From IMG/VR virus record IMGVR_UViG_3300048599_000177, positions 1 to 44,215 of that record: DNA of 44,215 nucleotides, one strand, 5' to 3'. The notes below the pieces were generated by a model. That model saw only the letters and a program-made list of their open reading frames with translations, had not been told where the DNA came from and searched no databases. Within the stretch, counting starts at the first letter, position 1. The number at the start of each line of letters is the position of its first letter. Position numbers and translations under genes: made by a program. Origin of the DNA: a virus. Taxonomy: Duplodnaviria; Caudoviricetes. Below, piece after piece: positions 24,862 to 33,549 of this stretch.

Positions 24862-26559
24862 ATGGCGCTGCTCGAAGTGCCAGCTCTTGACAATCCGCCC
24901 TGGCCGTCGCTTGGCGGACAAGTTTGTCAGTGGATCGAGGACAACCTCGTCTACGGCCCGGGCGACAAGCGCGGCGAGCCCTACAAGATCGAGGAGGAGT
25001 TCAAGTACCAGATCTTCCGCATGTACGAGGTCCACCCGCAGGGATCGCGCGGCGCCGGCCGCCGACGGTTCAACCGCTGTGGCATCAACATGCGAAAGGG
25101 CCTCGGGAAGACCGAGAAGGGCGCGATCATCGCGGCCTGCGAGCTGCACCCGGACGCCCCGGTGCGCTGCGACGGTTTCGACGCCTACGGCGAGCCGGTC
25201 GGCATCGGCGTGCGCGACCCGTACGTGGCGATGGTCGCGTACACCCTCGAGCAGACCGACGAGCTGGGCTGGAACGTCCTCCGCACGATCCTCCTCGAGG
25301 GGAGGAACAACGTCGCGGACTGCATGGACGTGCAGATGGAACGCATCATCGTGTTCAACGCGCAGGGTCGGCCAGCGGGCAAGGCGGAGCCGTTGACGGG
25401 TGCCCCGAACGCTCGTGACGGCGCCCGGACGACGTTCCAGGACTTCGACGAGACGCACCGGATGACGACGCCGCGTCTCATGAAGGCGCACACGACGATG
25501 CTGCAGAACACGTTCAAGCGGCAGATGGCGGACGCCTGGACGCTCGAGCACACGACGATGTTCGACCCGACGGAGCAGTCGGTGGCATCGAACACGCACG
25601 CCTACGCGGAGGAGATCCACAAGGGCGAGATCGCGGATCCGCGCCTGTTCTACATGTACCGCTACGCGCCGCCCGAGATGCCGATGGACACCCCGGAGCA
25701 GGTCCGGGAAGCCCTCGTCGAGGCGTCGGGACCGGGCATCTCGTGGTCGGGCGACATCGACGGTCTGGTGGCGCACTGGTTCGAGCCGAAGACGGACCAG
25801 CCGTACTACCGCCGCGTCTGGTGCAACCAGAAGTGGTCGGGCGCCGGCAAGGCGTTCGACTCGGTGAAGTGGGCCGAGCTCGTCGGCCGTCTCGGCGTCG
25901 ACGTCGACGGCAGCGAGTCGCGCGTCGTGGGGATCCTGCCGCCGCGGGAGAAGATCGCGATTGGCTTCGACGGCGCGCGGACGTTCGACACGACGGGGAT
26001 CATCGCCTGCCACCTTGAGACGGGCTACCTGTGGAAGGCGGGCATCTGGAAGCGGCCGGAGAAGGGCGCGGACGCGATCTCCGGCGGGGCCGAGGACGAC
26101 GACTGGGAGGTTCCGGTCAAGGAGGTCGACCAGGTCGTCCGTGAGCTGTTCAGCCGCTACAAGGTGTTCCGGATGTACGGCGACCCGTACTACTGGACGA
26201 CGGAAATGGACCGCTGGCGCGGCCTTTTCGGCAACAAGAAGGTCATCACCTGGGACACCACGGAGTACAAGAAGACCGGCCTGGCGTGCGCGTCGTTCGC
26301 GCAGGCGATCAAGGCCGGCCTCCTATGCCATGACGGCGACGCCGACTTCACCGAGCACATCGGCAACGCGGTCAAGCAGGTGACCAACTTCCGCGGCGAC
26401 GACGACGTGCCCCTGTGGGTCATCTCGAAGGAGCGCCGCGGCTCCCCGCTCAAGATCGACCTCGCCATGGCCGCCGTCCTGGCGTTCCAGGCCCGCAACG
26501 ACGCCATCGCGGCCGGCGCACTCAAGCGCGGCTCCGGACTCTCGTACTCGTTCAACTAG
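24862..26559 (+). CDS. terL: Terminase large subunit
   Basis: Walker A KGLGKT, Walker B FDETH, nuclease IGFDG and KIDLAMA. Confidence 0.95.
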   Translation: MALLEVPALDNPPWPSLGGQVCQWIEDNLVYGPGDKRGEPYKIEEEFKYQIFRMYEVHPQGSRGAGRRRFNRCGINMRKGLGKTEKGAIIAACELHPDAPVRCDGFDAYGEPVGIGVRDPYVAMVAYTLEQTDELGWNVLRTILLEGRNNVADCMDVQMERIIVFNAQGRPAGKAEPLTGAPNARDGARTTFQDFDETHRMTTPRLMKAHTTMLQNTFKRQMADAWTLEHTTMFDPTEQSVASNTHAYAEEIHKGEIADPRLFYMYRYAPPEMPMDTPEQVREALVEASGPGISWSGDIDGLVAHWFEPKTDQPYYRRVWCNQKWSGAGKAFDSVKWAELVGRLGVDVDGSESRVVGILPPREKIAIGFDGARTFDTTGIIACHLETGYLWKAGIWKRPEKGADAISGGAEDDDWEVPVKEVDQVVRELFSRYKVFRMYGDPYYWTTEMDRWRGLFGNKKVITWDTTEYKKTGLACASFAQAIKAGLLCHDGDADFTEHIGNAVKQVTNFRGDDDVPLWVISKERRGSPLKIDLAMAAVLAFQARNDAIAAGALKRGSGLSYSFN

Positions 26560-26568
26560 GAGGACGCC

Positions 26569-27957
26569 ATGGCCGCCAACGAAGACGCGTCGCCGCAGCG
26601 GTGGGTTGCTCGACTCGCTGACAAGCTGCGCCAGCAGGCGAGGGTCGTCAACTGGAACGACCGTCAGTACGACGGCGACCATGACCTGCCGACGGCGAAC
26701 GTCTCGGACCAGGCGCTGTTCCGGTACTTCCAGCAGATGAGCCGCTCCAACTACGTCGCGAAGGTCGTCGACGCTCCCGCTGACCGGCTCGTCGTCACGG
26801 GACTGCGCGTCGGGTCGGACGCGGAGAACGACGCGGCGTGGAAGCTGTGGCAGCGCTCTTACCTCGACTCCGACCAGCCGGCCCTGACCGCGGGCGCGAT
26901 GTCCGGCGGCATCGCGTACCTGTCGGTGTGGCCCGATGAGTCCGGAGTGCCCGCGCTCGCGCCGGAGCACGGATCGCAGGTGACTCACATCCTCGAGCCC
27001 GGGTCGCGGCGGAAGGTCGCGGCGGCCCTCAAGGTGTTCCCCGACGAGGAATCGGACGAGCTGTTCGTCGAGCTCTATCTGCCCGACTACATCGCGCGGT
27101 TCACGGCGCGGTCGATCGACTCGCTCTCGTACCCGAACCAGCTCGCGGTCGACATCGTCGACAACCCCCATGGCGTCGTGCCGATCGTGCCTGTGCCCAA
27201 CTCGCTCGACCTTCGCAAGCGGTGGACGACCGAGATGGCGGCCGGACTGCGCCCGCAGGCGCGCATCAACCAGACGCTCCTGAATCTCATGGTCGCCGGT
27301 GAGACTGTGGCCTTCCCGCAGCGTTGGGCGACCGGTGTCGAGGTGGACAAGAACCCCGACGGGACGCCGAAGCGCCCGTGGCGTTCCGGCCCGGACTCGG
27401 TCATGGTCGACGAGAACATCGAGGCGAAGTTCGGGCAGTTCATGGAGTCCCGCCTGGACGGCTATCACTCGTCGATCCGCGGCTTCGTCGAGGAGATCGC
27501 CGCGACGACCGGCACGCCCCTGTTCAGCTTGTCGGCCAACCTGGCGGTACCGCCGTCGGCGGAGGCGCTGTCCGCGATGGAGTCGAGCCTCGTCTCGAAG
27601 GTCGGGAAGCGGCAGCGCACGTTCGGTGAGTCGTTCGAGGACGCCATGCGGATCGCGCTGCAGATGCAGGGTGCGGAGCCCGGGCAGTTCATGGACATGG
27701 AGGTCATCTGGAAGGACCCGCGGGTCCGTTCGGACGCTGCGGTCGGCGACTACCTCACGAAGCTCAAGTCGGTCGGCGTCCCCGAGGAGGCGCTGTGGGC
27801 GGAGGCCGGCGCGACGCCGCAGCAGATCCGCGAGTGGCGCAAGATGGCGATGTCGCAGGCGTTCCGCAACCTCGTCATCCAGACCGGCCAGCAGCGGCAG
27901 GCGGAGCAGGCCGCCGCCGCGCCAGCCCAGCCGGCGGCGCAGGACACGGCGGCGTAG
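26569..27957 (+). CDS. Portal protein (SPP1 Gp6-like)
   Basis: N....VVD...DRL, NP.G.VP.V...N, AFPQRW.TG; follows terL. Confidence 0.92.
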   Translation: MAANEDASPQRWVARLADKLRQQARVVNWNDRQYDGDHDLPTANVSDQALFRYFQQMSRSNYVAKVVDAPADRLVVTGLRVGSDAENDAAWKLWQRSYLDSDQPALTAGAMSGGIAYLSVWPDESGVPALAPEHGSQVTHILEPGSRRKVAAALKVFPDEESDELFVELYLPDYIARFTARSIDSLSYPNQLAVDIVDNPHGVVPIVPVPNSLDLRKRWTTEMAAGLRPQARINQTLLNLMVAGETVAFPQRWATGVEVDKNPDGTPKRPWRSGPDSVMVDENIEAKFGQFMESRLDGYHSSIRGFVEEIAATTGTPLFSLSANLAVPPSAEALSAMESSLVSKVGKRQRTFGESFEDAMRIALQMQGAEPGQFMDMEVIWKDPRVRSDAAVGDYLTKLKSVGVPEEALWAEAGATPQQIREWRKMAMSQAFRNLVIQTGQQRQAEQAAAAPAQPAAQDTAA

Positions 27958-28874
27958 TGCCCAGCGACGTCGGGCGGGCGTTGAGCCTGCAGCAGCAGTA
28001 CGCCCTCGAGGTGATCGCCGAGCGGTGCGGTGAGATCGCGGCGGCGATGCTGCGCGAGTACGCCCGATCGGCGACACCGGAGCAGGTCGACGACTTCGCG
28101 GAGCAGTACGAGGCGCTGATCCTCGGCGCGATGTTGGCGGCGGCGGCGACCCGCGTCGGGTACCTCGCCGACTTCGCGGCGGCCGAGGGCCAGGCCGCAC
28201 CGGTCGTGGCTGCGCGCGTGCTCGCGCCGACCGCGATCGACGTGCTCGTCGACGGGATCAACCCGCGTGGCGCGGTCTACGCGAGCATGCGCCAGGTTGC
28301 GCTCCACCTCGAGCGGAAGGCCACGGATGCCGAGGCCATAACTGCCGGCGCCGTGCTCGTGCAGGAGTACGCCGAGTCGACCGTCACATCGACGGGCGAC
28401 TTCGTCGACCGCGAGGTGCTCGGCCCGAACCGGACGATCGCCGCCCTCCGCCGTGTCGCACACCCGACCGCGTGCGACCGCTGCCAGCGCGTCGCCGGGG
28501 CCCTCGTGTTCAAGCACCACCCGGCGCTGCGCCACCCGCAGTGCCGGTGCTCATTCGAGCCGGTCTACCTCACCGATCCGGACTATCAGGTCCGGCTGGC
28601 GAAGTACCGGGCCAACGCGGAGGCGAACATCCCGGGCCCGTACTTCCGGGACCTGCGGTATCGCGGCCGGCAGCAGCTCGAGGCGGACCGCTTCCGGCGC
28701 GAGTCGGTGTGGCTGCAGGACGAGTGGACCGCGTTCCTACAGGACGAGCAGGTCCGCATCGCGGGGCTCGTGAAGACGATCCCCTCCAACACCTATCGCG
28801 ACTGGGCGGTCATGACCAGCGCGACGCAGGCGGAAGTCGGCAACGGGCTGCTTCCGGTTCTTACCCGAGATTGA
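27957..28874 (+). CDS. MuF-like head morphogenesis protein
   Basis: RRV....ACDRC...H..CRC motif; between portal and scaffold; GTG at 27957. Confidence 0.7.
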   Translation: MPSDVGRALSLQQQYALEVIAERCGEIAAAMLREYARSATPEQVDDFAEQYEALILGAMLAAAATRVGYLADFAAAEGQAAPVVAARVLAPTAIDVLVDGINPRGAVYASMRQVALHLERKATDAEAITAGAVLVQEYAESTVTSTGDFVDREVLGPNRTIAALRRVAHPTACDRCQRVAGALVFKHHPALRHPQCRCSFEPVYLTDPDYQVRLAKYRANAEANIPGPYFRDLRYRGRQQLEADRFRRESVWLQDEWTAFLQDEQVRIAGLVKTIPSNTYRDWAVMTSATQAEVGNGLLPVLTRD

Positions 28875-28884
28875 GGAGCGCACG

Positions 28885-29481
28885 ATGAGCGTAGGGCAGG
28901 GCGAGGGCGGGTCGGCGGACGGCGCCGTCACCGAGGGCGGCGGCCAGGGTGGCGCCGAGGGCACGAACGGGCAGACCGATACGCAGGGCCAGGGGCAGGG
29001 CTCCGGCGCGGAAGGTGGCGCGGACGCCCTCGGCGACGCCGGCAAGCGCGCCCTCGAGGCGGAACGGACCGCCCGTGAGACCGCCGAGCGCGAGCTCAAG
29101 CAGTACAAGGACGCCGAGGAGCAGCGGCGACGTGACGCGCTGAGCGAGGCGGAGCGCGCCAGCGAGGACACGATCCGCGCGGCCGTCGACGCGGCCAAGC
29201 AGGAGGTCCGCAACGAGTACGAGCCGAAGCTCAAGCGCCTGGCGGTCCAGGCGCAGGCGGCCGAGCGGTTCGTCGATCCCGAGGTCGTGGCGTCGCTGGT
29301 CAACATCACGGCGGAGTCGACGGAGGCGCAGATCAAGGCCGAGCTCGACCGCATCGCGACCGAGAAGCCGTACCTCGTGAAGCAGCCGGGCAAGTCGGTG
29401 ACGATCGGCCAGGGCGTCCGGGACGGCGGGGCCGCGACCGGCGGCGCCGACTTCATCCGGGAGGCGTACAACAACCGCTAG
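28885..29481 (+). CDS. Capsid scaffolding protein
   Basis: LGDAGKRAL..ER..R...E, coiled coil, KPYL; precedes the major capsid gene. Confidence 0.85.
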   Translation: MSVGQGEGGSADGAVTEGGGQGGAEGTNGQTDTQGQGQGSGAEGGADALGDAGKRALEAERTARETAERELKQYKDAEEQRRRDALSEAERASEDTIRAAVDAAKQEVRNEYEPKLKRLAVQAQAAERFVDPEVVASLVNITAESTEAQIKAELDRIATEKPYLVKQPGKSVTIGQGVRDGGAATGGADFIREAYNNR

Positions 29482-29499
29482 CCCCGTCCGAGCACGACG

Positions 29500-29715
29500 C
29501 GGAGCGCCCCGGCCAGATGGTCGGGGCGCTCCGATGTTCAACAACGTGAGATGTCTCTGACCTAGCGTCCCGAGCGAGGTTGAGGAGCACGGGGCGGCGC
29601 GATGCCCACCGGGCCACCTCCCTCCCCCGCGACAGGCGCGATGCCGTCGACGAGGCCACACCCGTAACCGTGGTGCGCCCGTTGATGCGCGCCCATCGCG
29701 AAAGGGCCACACCTC
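29500..29715 (+). promoter_or_regulatory. Structured intergenic leader of the major capsid gene
   Basis: Strong hairpin ~29500-29533, then three GCGA-loop hairpins each followed by GGCCAC. Confidence 0.5.
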
Positions 29716-30651
29716 ATGGCGCTCGAAGTCACCGGCCGTTCCCAGGCCGAAGCCCTGATCCCCGAGACGCAGGTCAAGGAGATCATCAAGGAGCTGCCGA
29801 CCAAGTCGGCCGCGCTGTCGCTCTGCCGCCAGGTGCGCATGAGCACCAAGAAGTCCAGCCAGCCCGTCCTCAGCACGCTGCCCGCGGCCTACTGGGTCAA
29901 CGGCGACACCGGTCTCAAGTCGACCACGAAGGCTGCGTGGGAGGGCGTGACCATGGTCGCCGAGGAGCTCGCGGCCATCGCGCCGATTCCCGAGGCCGTG
30001 CTCTCCGACGCCGGCTATCCGCTGTGGGACGAGGTCAAGCCGCTGCTCGTCGAGGCGATCGGCGCCGCGATCGACGCAGCCGCATTCTTCGGCACGTCGA
30101 AGCCGGCGAGCTGGACCTCGGAGGCGATCATCCCGGGCGCACTCGCGCAGGGGAACGACATCGCCGAGGGGACCGGCGAGGACGTCGGCGTCGACATCGC
30201 GGAGATGGGCGAGCTGCTCGCCATGCAGGGCTACAACCTGCGCGCCTTCGCGGGGCAGCCGGGCCTGCAGTGGCGATTCACGAAGGTCCGGACCACGGAG
30301 GGCCTGCCGATCTACGGCAGCGGTGACATCTCGCAGGGCCGTCCCTCCTCGCTGTACGGCATGCCGTACTCCGCGGTCGACAACGGCTCCTGGGACTCCT
30401 CGGAGGCGATCCTCGTCGGCGGCGACTTCACGAAGGCCGTCATCGGGATCCGCCAGGACATCACGTTCAAGCTGTTCACCGAGGGCGTCATCTCGGACGA
30501 CGACGGCAAGATCCTGCTGAACCTGATGCAGCAGGACTCGGCCGCCATGCGCGTCGTCTTCCGCGTCGGCTACGCCCTCGCGAACCCCGTGTCGCGCCTC
30601 GCGGCCGCCGACGAGCGCTTCCCGTTCGCGGTGCTCACCCCCGGCTCCTAG
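29716..30651 (+). CDS. Major capsid protein (HK97 fold)
   Basis: LIP......II, A.WV, ELAAI.PIP, LYG.P, GDF....IG.R..I; 311 aa. Confidence 0.93.
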   Translation: MALEVTGRSQAEALIPETQVKEIIKELPTKSAALSLCRQVRMSTKKSSQPVLSTLPAAYWVNGDTGLKSTTKAAWEGVTMVAEELAAIAPIPEAVLSDAGYPLWDEVKPLLVEAIGAAIDAAAFFGTSKPASWTSEAIIPGALAQGNDIAEGTGEDVGVDIAEMGELLAMQGYNLRAFAGQPGLQWRFTKVRTTEGLPIYGSGDISQGRPSSLYGMPYSAVDNGSWDSSEAILVGGDFTKAVIGIRQDITFKLFTEGVISDDDGKILLNLMQQDSAAMRVVFRVGYALANPVSRLAAADERFPFAVLTPGS

Positions 30652-30742
30652 AAGCCGCCCCTGACGACCGGGGGGTGCGAGGTCGCGCTCCGCGCGCTCC
30701 CCGGTCGCAGTCCCACCCCGAACCCCTGACCGGAGGTCTTCC

Positions 30743-31180
30743 GTGGATCCGCTCGTCGACCAGCCGTTCGTGCTGAACGTCACGGGCGTCGACATCGGCA
30801 CGGAGGCCGACGGCCGGGGTGCGAAGCTCATCGAGATCGTCACCGGGCTCGTCGCCGAGGATCTCGGCTTCGCCGCCGACACCGATCCGACGACGGTGTC
30901 CATGCACGTCCGGGTCGTGGCCGCCCAGTACGTCGCGACGATGTTCGTCGCCGGCTCGAGCGCCGACCCCACCTCCTCGGTCAAGGCCGAGCAGATCGAC
31001 GACTACCGCGTCGAGTACGCGGTTCCGGGCGGCGGCCCGTCGATCAACCTCGCCGCCCTGCACGACGACCTCGTGACGGCGAACAGCGCCGGCGCGTCGA
31101 AGTCCTATAGCGTGAGCACGCTCGGCGAGCGCCCTGCTCGCGGCTGCGGCCTGGCCGAAGTGGGGCCGTCGTGGCTGTGA
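30743..31180 (+). CDS. Head-to-tail adaptor
   Basis: E.IDDY.V.Y motif; follows the major capsid gene. Confidence 0.7.
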   Translation: MDPLVDQPFVLNVTGVDIGTEADGRGAKLIEIVTGLVAEDLGFAADTDPTTVSMHVRVVAAQYVATMFVAGSSADPTSSVKAEQIDDYRVEYAVPGGGPSINLAALHDDLVTANSAGASKSYSVSTLGERPARGCGLAEVGPSWL

Positions 31181-31503
31181 CCGACCTCCTGACGCGCGCC
31201 GTGACACTGCGCTACGCGACCCCCGCCGGCGTCGACGGCGACGGGCAGCCCACCGTCACCGCGAGCACCGTCAACGCGACGTGCTACGCGACCCAGGCGC
31301 GCGCATCGATCGACGACGGCGTCCGCATCGCCACCGACGAGCTGCGCGTCTACCTGGCGCCCGGCGTCGTCCTCGACCACCTCGTCGGCATCGAGCTCGA
31401 CGGGCTCGCGTACGACCTGGCGACGGTGCCCCGGGCGCAGCACAACCCGCGCACCCGGGTCGTCGAGTACGTCGCGTTCAACGTGCGACGGGCGGTGTCG
31501 TAG
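31171..31503 (+). CDS. Head-to-tail stopper
   Basis: Synteny and beta-rich 110-aa protein. Confidence 0.65.
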   Translation: MAVTDLLTRAVTLRYATPAGVDGDGQPTVTASTVNATCYATQARASIDDGVRIATDELRVYLAPGVVLDHLVGIELDGLAYDLATVPRAQHNPRTRVVEYVAFNVRRAVS

Positions 31504-31910
31504 TGGCGATCACCGCGCGCTACCGCGCCCACCCGAAGTACGAGGACATCGTCGTGAACGCGACCGGCGAGCTGCCGGCCGCGCGTGCCGCTGCGCAGAA
31601 CGTCGCCGAGCAGGTCGCGGCCACCGCGAAGGCGAACGTCAGTGCGCTCACCCTGACCGGTCGCGGCGCCCAGCAGGCCCAGGCCGCCGTGGCGGCCGAG
31701 ATCGGCGTGCTGCCGGTCGAGTCGTTCCGCCGCAAGCAGCGCCACAAGGGGACGCTCATCCCCGTCGCGCTCGTCGTGGCCGATCACCCGATGTCGAAGT
31801 GGTTCGAGTACGGCCACGGCCGGTCGTTCCCGCTGACGCGCTTCCTGCGGTCCGCCGGCATGGTCGGTGCTCGCCTCGGCGCGACGTTCAAGGCGCGGGG
31901 GCGGCGATGA
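31503..31910 (+). CDS. Neck protein (HK97 gp10-like)
   Basis: FEYG.....FLR motif; synteny. Confidence 0.6.
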   Translation: MAITARYRAHPKYEDIVVNATGELPAARAAAQNVAEQVAATAKANVSALTLTGRGAQQAQAAVAAEIGVLPVESFRRKQRHKGTLIPVALVVADHPMSKWFEYGHGRSFPLTRFLRSAGMVGARLGATFKARGRR

Positions 31911-32317
31911 CGACGCCGACCATGCCCGACGCCGCGCGCGCGCTGCGCACTCTCGCCGCGGCCGACGCGGGGATCGCCGAGCTCGTGGGCGATTCGGTGT
32001 TCGCGCGCAAGCTGCCCGAGGGTGCCACGCCGCCGCTCGTGCTCATCCCGCCGGCGTTCGCGACCCCGGGTGCACCGCCCACGCCCCAGTGGTGGGACGT
32101 CGTCGCGACGTTCGACCTGCACGCCGAGACCGTCGACGACGCCAACGACCTGCTCAAGGCGGTCCTGGCGTTCGTCCCCACCGTCGCCGGAGGCCACGAC
32201 GACGTCGTCGTCTCCGACTGCCAGGCGGAGGCCATCCAGGAGCTCTACGACGCCGCCTGGACGCCGCCCCGGCACCGATATGTCGTGACCGTCGCCCTGA
32301 CGGCACGCGAACCGTAG
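31907..32317 (+). CDS. Tail terminator
   Basis: Synteny before the major tail gene; P..A.PP.V.I pattern. Confidence 0.65.
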   Translation: MTTPTMPDAARALRTLAAADAGIAELVGDSVFARKLPEGATPPLVLIPPAFATPGAPPTPQWWDVVATFDLHAETVDDANDLLKAVLAFVPTVAGGHDDVVVSDCQAEAIQELYDAAWTPPRHRYVVTVALTAREP

Positions 32318-32326
32318 GAGGTTGAG

Positions 32327-32884
32327 ATGGGACTCGAAGCAACCGAGGTCCGCGTCGCCGGAGCCGGTCACGTCTACGTGGCCCCGGCGGGCACGGCCCT
32401 CCCGGAGGATCTCGAGGCGCTGCCGGTCGACTACGTCGACCTCGGCTACGTCACCACGGACGGGTGCACTTTCACCCTGAACCGCGAGACGACGAACGTC
32501 GACGCGTGGCAGGGGTCGAAGCTGCGCGTGCTCGTCACCGACGACCCGGTGAGCGTGAAGTTCGCGCTCATGCAGTCGAACGCCGACACCTTCGAGGTGG
32601 CGTTCGGCGGCGGTGAGGTCACCGAGCCGTCGCCTGGGGTCTACAAGTACAGCCCGCCGGCGAAGGGCGAGAACGCCGAGCGCGTCCTCGTCATCGACGG
32701 CATCGACGGCGACGTCACCTACCGGTTCGTCTTCGCCCGCGTGCAGATCGAGGACAGCGTCGAGTTCGCGCTGTCCCGCACCGCGGCGACGACGTACCCG
32801 ATCCCGTTCGGGGTCCTCGACAACGGCGACGAGGACAAGTGGTTCCTCCTCTCCGACGACGAGGCCCTCGCCGTCGGCTCGTAG
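32327..32884 (+). CDS. Major tail protein
   Basis: G.VYVAP.GT.LP, LGY...DG, ..AWQG; AGGAGG RBS. Confidence 0.9.
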   Translation: MGLEATEVRVAGAGHVYVAPAGTALPEDLEALPVDYVDLGYVTTDGCTFTLNRETTNVDAWQGSKLRVLVTDDPVSVKFALMQSNADTFEVAFGGGEVTEPSPGVYKYSPPAKGENAERVLVIDGIDGDVTYRFVFARVQIEDSVEFALSRTAATTYPIPFGVLDNGDEDKWFLLSDDEALAVGS

Positions 32885-32891
32885 CCATCCA

Positions 32892-32924
32892 CCAGCGGGG
32901 GCGTCGATCCGGCGCCCCCGCTGG
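32892..32924 (+). terminator. Hairpin after major tail gene
   Basis: ccagcgggggcg pairs with cgcccccgctgg. Confidence 0.6.
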
Positions 32925-32962
32925 GCCGTACCCCAACCACCACCCAGGGCAGGAGACCCGAG

Positions 32963-33232
32963 ATGAAGTTCAAGATCACGTACCCCGACGGCCAGGCGAC
33001 CACGGTCAAGGTCAAGCCGAAGCACTTCATGCAGGCGGAGCGCGACGGCCGCAGTGCCGCCGACAAGTCGAGCATCGAGAACACGTTCTACCTCGCGTGG
33101 CTGGCGGCCGGCGCGCCCGACGACTTCGACGAGTGGGTCGACAGCACCGACGACATCAAGAACGTCGACGAGGGCGCGGCCAAGGCCGGCGTCGACGGCG
33201 TGGGCCCTACCACCAGCGAATCGCAGCCCTAG
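32963..33232 (+). CDS. Tail assembly chaperone (gpG-like)
   Basis: Between major tail and tape measure genes; AGGAG RBS. Confidence 0.8.
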   Translation: MKFKITYPDGQATTVKVKPKHFMQAERDGRSAADKSSIENTFYLAWLAAGAPDDFDEWVDSTDDIKNVDEGAAKAGVDGVGPTTSESQP

Positions 33233-33549
33233 CGGTTCGCATCCCGACCGCGCCGGCCTTCCTGGAACGAGAGGAGGAGGAGATGATCCGCGCGCTCGAG
33301 CACTACGTCGTCAAGCGTGACGAGTGGCCGCAGGCCACCGAGCTCCTGGCGCAGATCGTCGACCTCCTCCACTCGTTCCTGCGGGCCTACGGCAACGTCC
33401 ATCGCGACCCGAAGGCGCCGGCGATGACCGGGCCTACGTACCGCGTGCCGCGGCCGTGGGACAACGCGGCGGACGACGAGGTCGTGAGCTTCGGCGCGTT
33501 CGCGCGCCGGATGCAGGCGTCCCGACGGAAGCGGCCGGCCCGTGGCTAG
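33202..33549 (+). CDS. Tail assembly chaperone frameshift extension (gpGT-like), -1 frame
   Basis: Slippery G-GGC-CCT at 33202-08 leads into an open -1 frame (GPYHQRIAAL...PRPW...). Confidence 0.65.
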   Translation, partial: GPYHQRIAALAVRIPTAPAFLEREEEEMIRALEHYVVKRDEWPQATELLAQIVDLLHSFLRAYGNVHRDPKAPAMTGPTYRVPRPWDNAADDEVVSFGAFARRMQASRRKRPARG

